From an uncultured Methanomassiliicoccus sp. (GTDB lineage: Archaea; Thermoplasmatota; Thermoplasmata; Methanomassiliicoccales; Methanomassiliicoccaceae), in the NCBI GenBank assembly GCA_905203995.1, contig CAJKXZ010000004.1:28340-92339 (forward strand): a stretch of 64,000 bases of DNA. Direction: 5' to 3'. The translations under genes were made by a program, and so were the position numbers. Shown piece by piece: positions 61,943 through 64,000 of this stretch. The first letter of the stretch is position 1. Each line of letters begins with the position of its first letter. The notes beneath the pieces are model-generated. The model worked only from the letters and a program-made list of their open reading frames with translations. It was not told the DNA's origin and did no database searches.

Positions 61943-63064
61943 TTACCGCTGACTTTTGACAAAGTCTGCAATGATTGCTATTCCTTTTTCAATATTTTCT
62001 TCCGACGCTGCGTAAGAAATTCTCAGATGACCTTCCCCAGCGTCCCCGAAAGCAGTTCCTGGTGAACACAGTACACCCTGATTAGCCAGCTGTACGGCAA
62101 ACTCCGCCGAGGGCAGAGCAAGCTCATACTCAGGGAAAGCATAAAAGGCCCCTTTAGGTCGGGGGCAGGAAAAGCCCGGTATTTCATTCAGGAGGTCAGT
62201 AGTGAGATCTCGACGTTTTTTAAGGATGGGAAAGATTTCTTCAATAAATGCTTCCTGGCTTTCGAAAGCTTCACACAATGCATACTGGAAAGGTCCCGGT
62301 GGACAGGCTAAGATGTGATACTGCATTTTTGAAATTTCATTCATAATGCTTTCCGGGGCTGAAAGATAACCCATTCTCCAACCAGCAACGGCAAAACATT
62401 TGGAAAATGAATTTAGTACAACGGCATGGTCAAGATATTCATTGAATGAATGGTGCTGACCTTCGTAAATGAAATTTTCATAGACTTCATCAGAGATGAT
62501 CCATAAGTCATAATCTTCTGCCAGATCGCCGATTGTTCTAAACGCTTCTTCTGAAAGGACTGATCCGCAGGGATTGGCTGGTGAGTTAACCACAATACCT
62601 TTGGTTTGCGGTGAAATCCGTTCTTTGAGAACTTCTACATCTATATTGAGTGCTTCATCCATGATATAGGGTACCGGTTTGGCACCACTTAGTGTACATT
62701 CTGGTGAATAAATCACAAAACCCGGGTCAGGGATGAGAACTTCATCCCCTTCTTCAAAGAGTGTCTGAAAGGTCGCCAGTGCACCCTGGGTCCCGCTGGC
62801 AGTAATCATGACGTTAGCTGCTGAAATTTCTTGATTATACTTAGAAATCTTTTTGGCTATTTTACTCCGTAATTCCGGAATACCCATAGTCGGGCCGTAG
62901 CGGTAGGAATCAGCATCTAAGGCTTTCTTACAGGCTTCAATAACTTTCTGCGGTGGCCTGAAATCCAACTCTCCTAGTCCCAGATTAATGCTGTCTTCCT
63001 TGGCCATGTCAAAAATGGCACGAACACCGGAAGGTTTGATTGATTGAACCTTTTTAGAAACCAT
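61943..63064 (-). CDS. Class I/II pyridoxal-phosphate-dependent aminotransferase (aspartate aminotransferase family)
   Basis: PLP-lysine region NSFSKCFAVAGWRMGY; Pro-rich region IPDPGFVIY; ~373 aa. Confidence 0.85.
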   Translation of the reverse strand: MVSKKVQSIKPSGVRAIFDMAKEDSINLGLGELDFRPPQKVIEACKKALDADSYRYGPTMGIPELRSKIAKKISKYNQEISAANVMITASGTQGALATFQTLFEEGDEVLIPDPGFVIYSPECTLSGAKPVPYIMDEALNIDVEVLKERISPQTKGIVVNSPANPCGSVLSEEAFRTIGDLAEDYDLWIISDEVYENFIYEGQHHSFNEYLDHAVVLNSFSKCFAVAGWRMGYLSAPESIMNEISKMQYHILACPPGPFQYALCEAFESQEAFIEEIFPILKKRRDLTTDLLNEIPGFSCPRPKGAFYAFPEYELALPSAEFAVQLANQGVLCSPGTAFGDAGEGHLRISYAASEENIEKGIAIIADFVKSQR

Positions 63065-63202
63065 CGATGTGGGATAACTTTCACCTTCTTGAAGTTGATC
63101 ATTTTAACTGCGGTATGACCACGGTCTTTTTTAATCCACAATGAAATTCGAAAATCTATTAAGGTTATTCGTATAAAATAATGAAATAAGAGGCGTTGCC
63201 TC

Positions 63203-63997
63203 TTATTGGGGGAAGAAGAATCCAGCCGTCATCTCCAGATAGTTTTCACCTGTATAGGCGGGATACTGCTTTTCAACTTCAGCTTTGAACTCTGCCGATG
63301 AATGACATCTCGCTGCAATCTTCTTGAGATTTTCGAGATACGCGATCTTTGCCTGAGCGTCTTGCTGATTTTCCGGTGTGTAATGTGAAGTAAGAAACAG
63401 TTCAAAACCTCTGTTAAGATAGCCGCTGAGCTCTTGCATCAGCGCATCGGCATGACCTGCTCCAGCTACAATGGAATGACAATCATGACCCATCATGTGC
63501 AGGTATACTGTTTTTATTGCGGGAATCTCGACATTATAAGCATCGGGGGTGCCCACGATCTGCAGTTCCAGGCCGGCAATAGTTACTGGTCCCTCGGTCA
63601 ACACCTCATAGGTACCAATCATCTCCTGATCAAAGATCTCACCAAAGATATTGGCAAAATTATCCACCAGTGCTTTTCCTCCGCCTTCCGTGTTGTATTT
63701 AATTGAGTTTTCTGTACCATATGCTTTAACTTGCGGCAGGAACGAAGCACCGGCAGCGTGATAGGCAACCAGCTTCCCTTCCACTTCTACATCCAGTGTT
63801 GCAACATATGCACTGAGCTCTTGGATATTGTCTTTAAAACAGGGCAGTTCGATGACAACTGCCTTTTTTGCTTTTTCAAGGATGAAAACTTCATCAGCAA
63901 TAGGATCATTGGTTTGGTAGGCGTGCAGCCTGACATCTCCAAAATCATAAACGTTCATCTCACCGCGCTTCATCTCAACTTTCTTGCAACTTACCAT
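63203..63997 (-). CDS. Hypothetical protein
   Basis: 264-aa ORF; His-rich segment HMMGHDCHSIVAGAGHAD but no confident family assignment. Confidence 0.35.
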   Translation of the reverse strand: MVSCKKVEMKRGEMNVYDFGDVRLHAYQTNDPIADEVFILEKAKKAVVIELPCFKDNIQELSAYVATLDVEVEGKLVAYHAAGASFLPQVKAYGTENSIKYNTEGGGKALVDNFANIFGEIFDQEMIGTYEVLTEGPVTIAGLELQIVGTPDAYNVEIPAIKTVYLHMMGHDCHSIVAGAGHADALMQELSGYLNRGFELFLTSHYTPENQQDAQAKIAYLENLKKIAARCHSSAEFKAEVEKQYPAYTGENYLEMTAGFFFPQ

Positions 63998-64000
63998 CTT

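Overview
The window is an archaeal chromosomal segment. It carries an archaeal-type transcription/translation cluster (rpoE-spt4-DUF359-S24e-S27ae, and S13-S4-S11-rpoD) and a tRNA-Arg(CCG) gene with an 18-nt intron folding into a canonical bulge-helix-bulge motif. A standalone MtaA-type methylcobamide:CoM methyltransferase gene suggests a methylotrophic methanogen-like lineage. The other recognisable genes are housekeeping and accessory functions: membrane H+-pyrophosphatase, aconitase, otsA/otsB trehalose synthesis with a sugar porter, polyphosphate kinase 2, deoxyhypusine synthase, UvrA, several MFS transporters, a stomatin/NfeD pair, MscS, RNase Z and ribulose-phosphate epimerase. The most unusual locus is at 2.5-5.9 kb. 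One 717-aa ORF covalently fuses a NifH-like Fe-protein ATPase to a NifD-like component-1 domain. It is translationally coupled to a second NifD/K-like subunit. Immediately upstream are two paralogous proteins built from tandem Zn-ribbon repeats with C-terminal HTH, and a wHTH protein whose paralogue sits at 51 kb. This architecture fits neither N2-fixing nitrogenase nor the known unfused F430-biosynthesis CfbC/CfbD pair. Other observations: two pairs of near-identical palindromic operators, each shared between two promoters flanking a regulator gene (an HTH_10 regulator with mtaA and an MFS; a TetR with the AcnX-type phosphomevalonate dehydratase operon and an MFS pump). Further observations: a DUF126 (dehydratase small subunit)-Nudix fusion, a class-II UvrA lacking the UvrB-binding domain, a compact bacterial-type AlaRS, a tandem 42-bp promoter repeat, and an unannotated 52-aa Cys-rich ORF.
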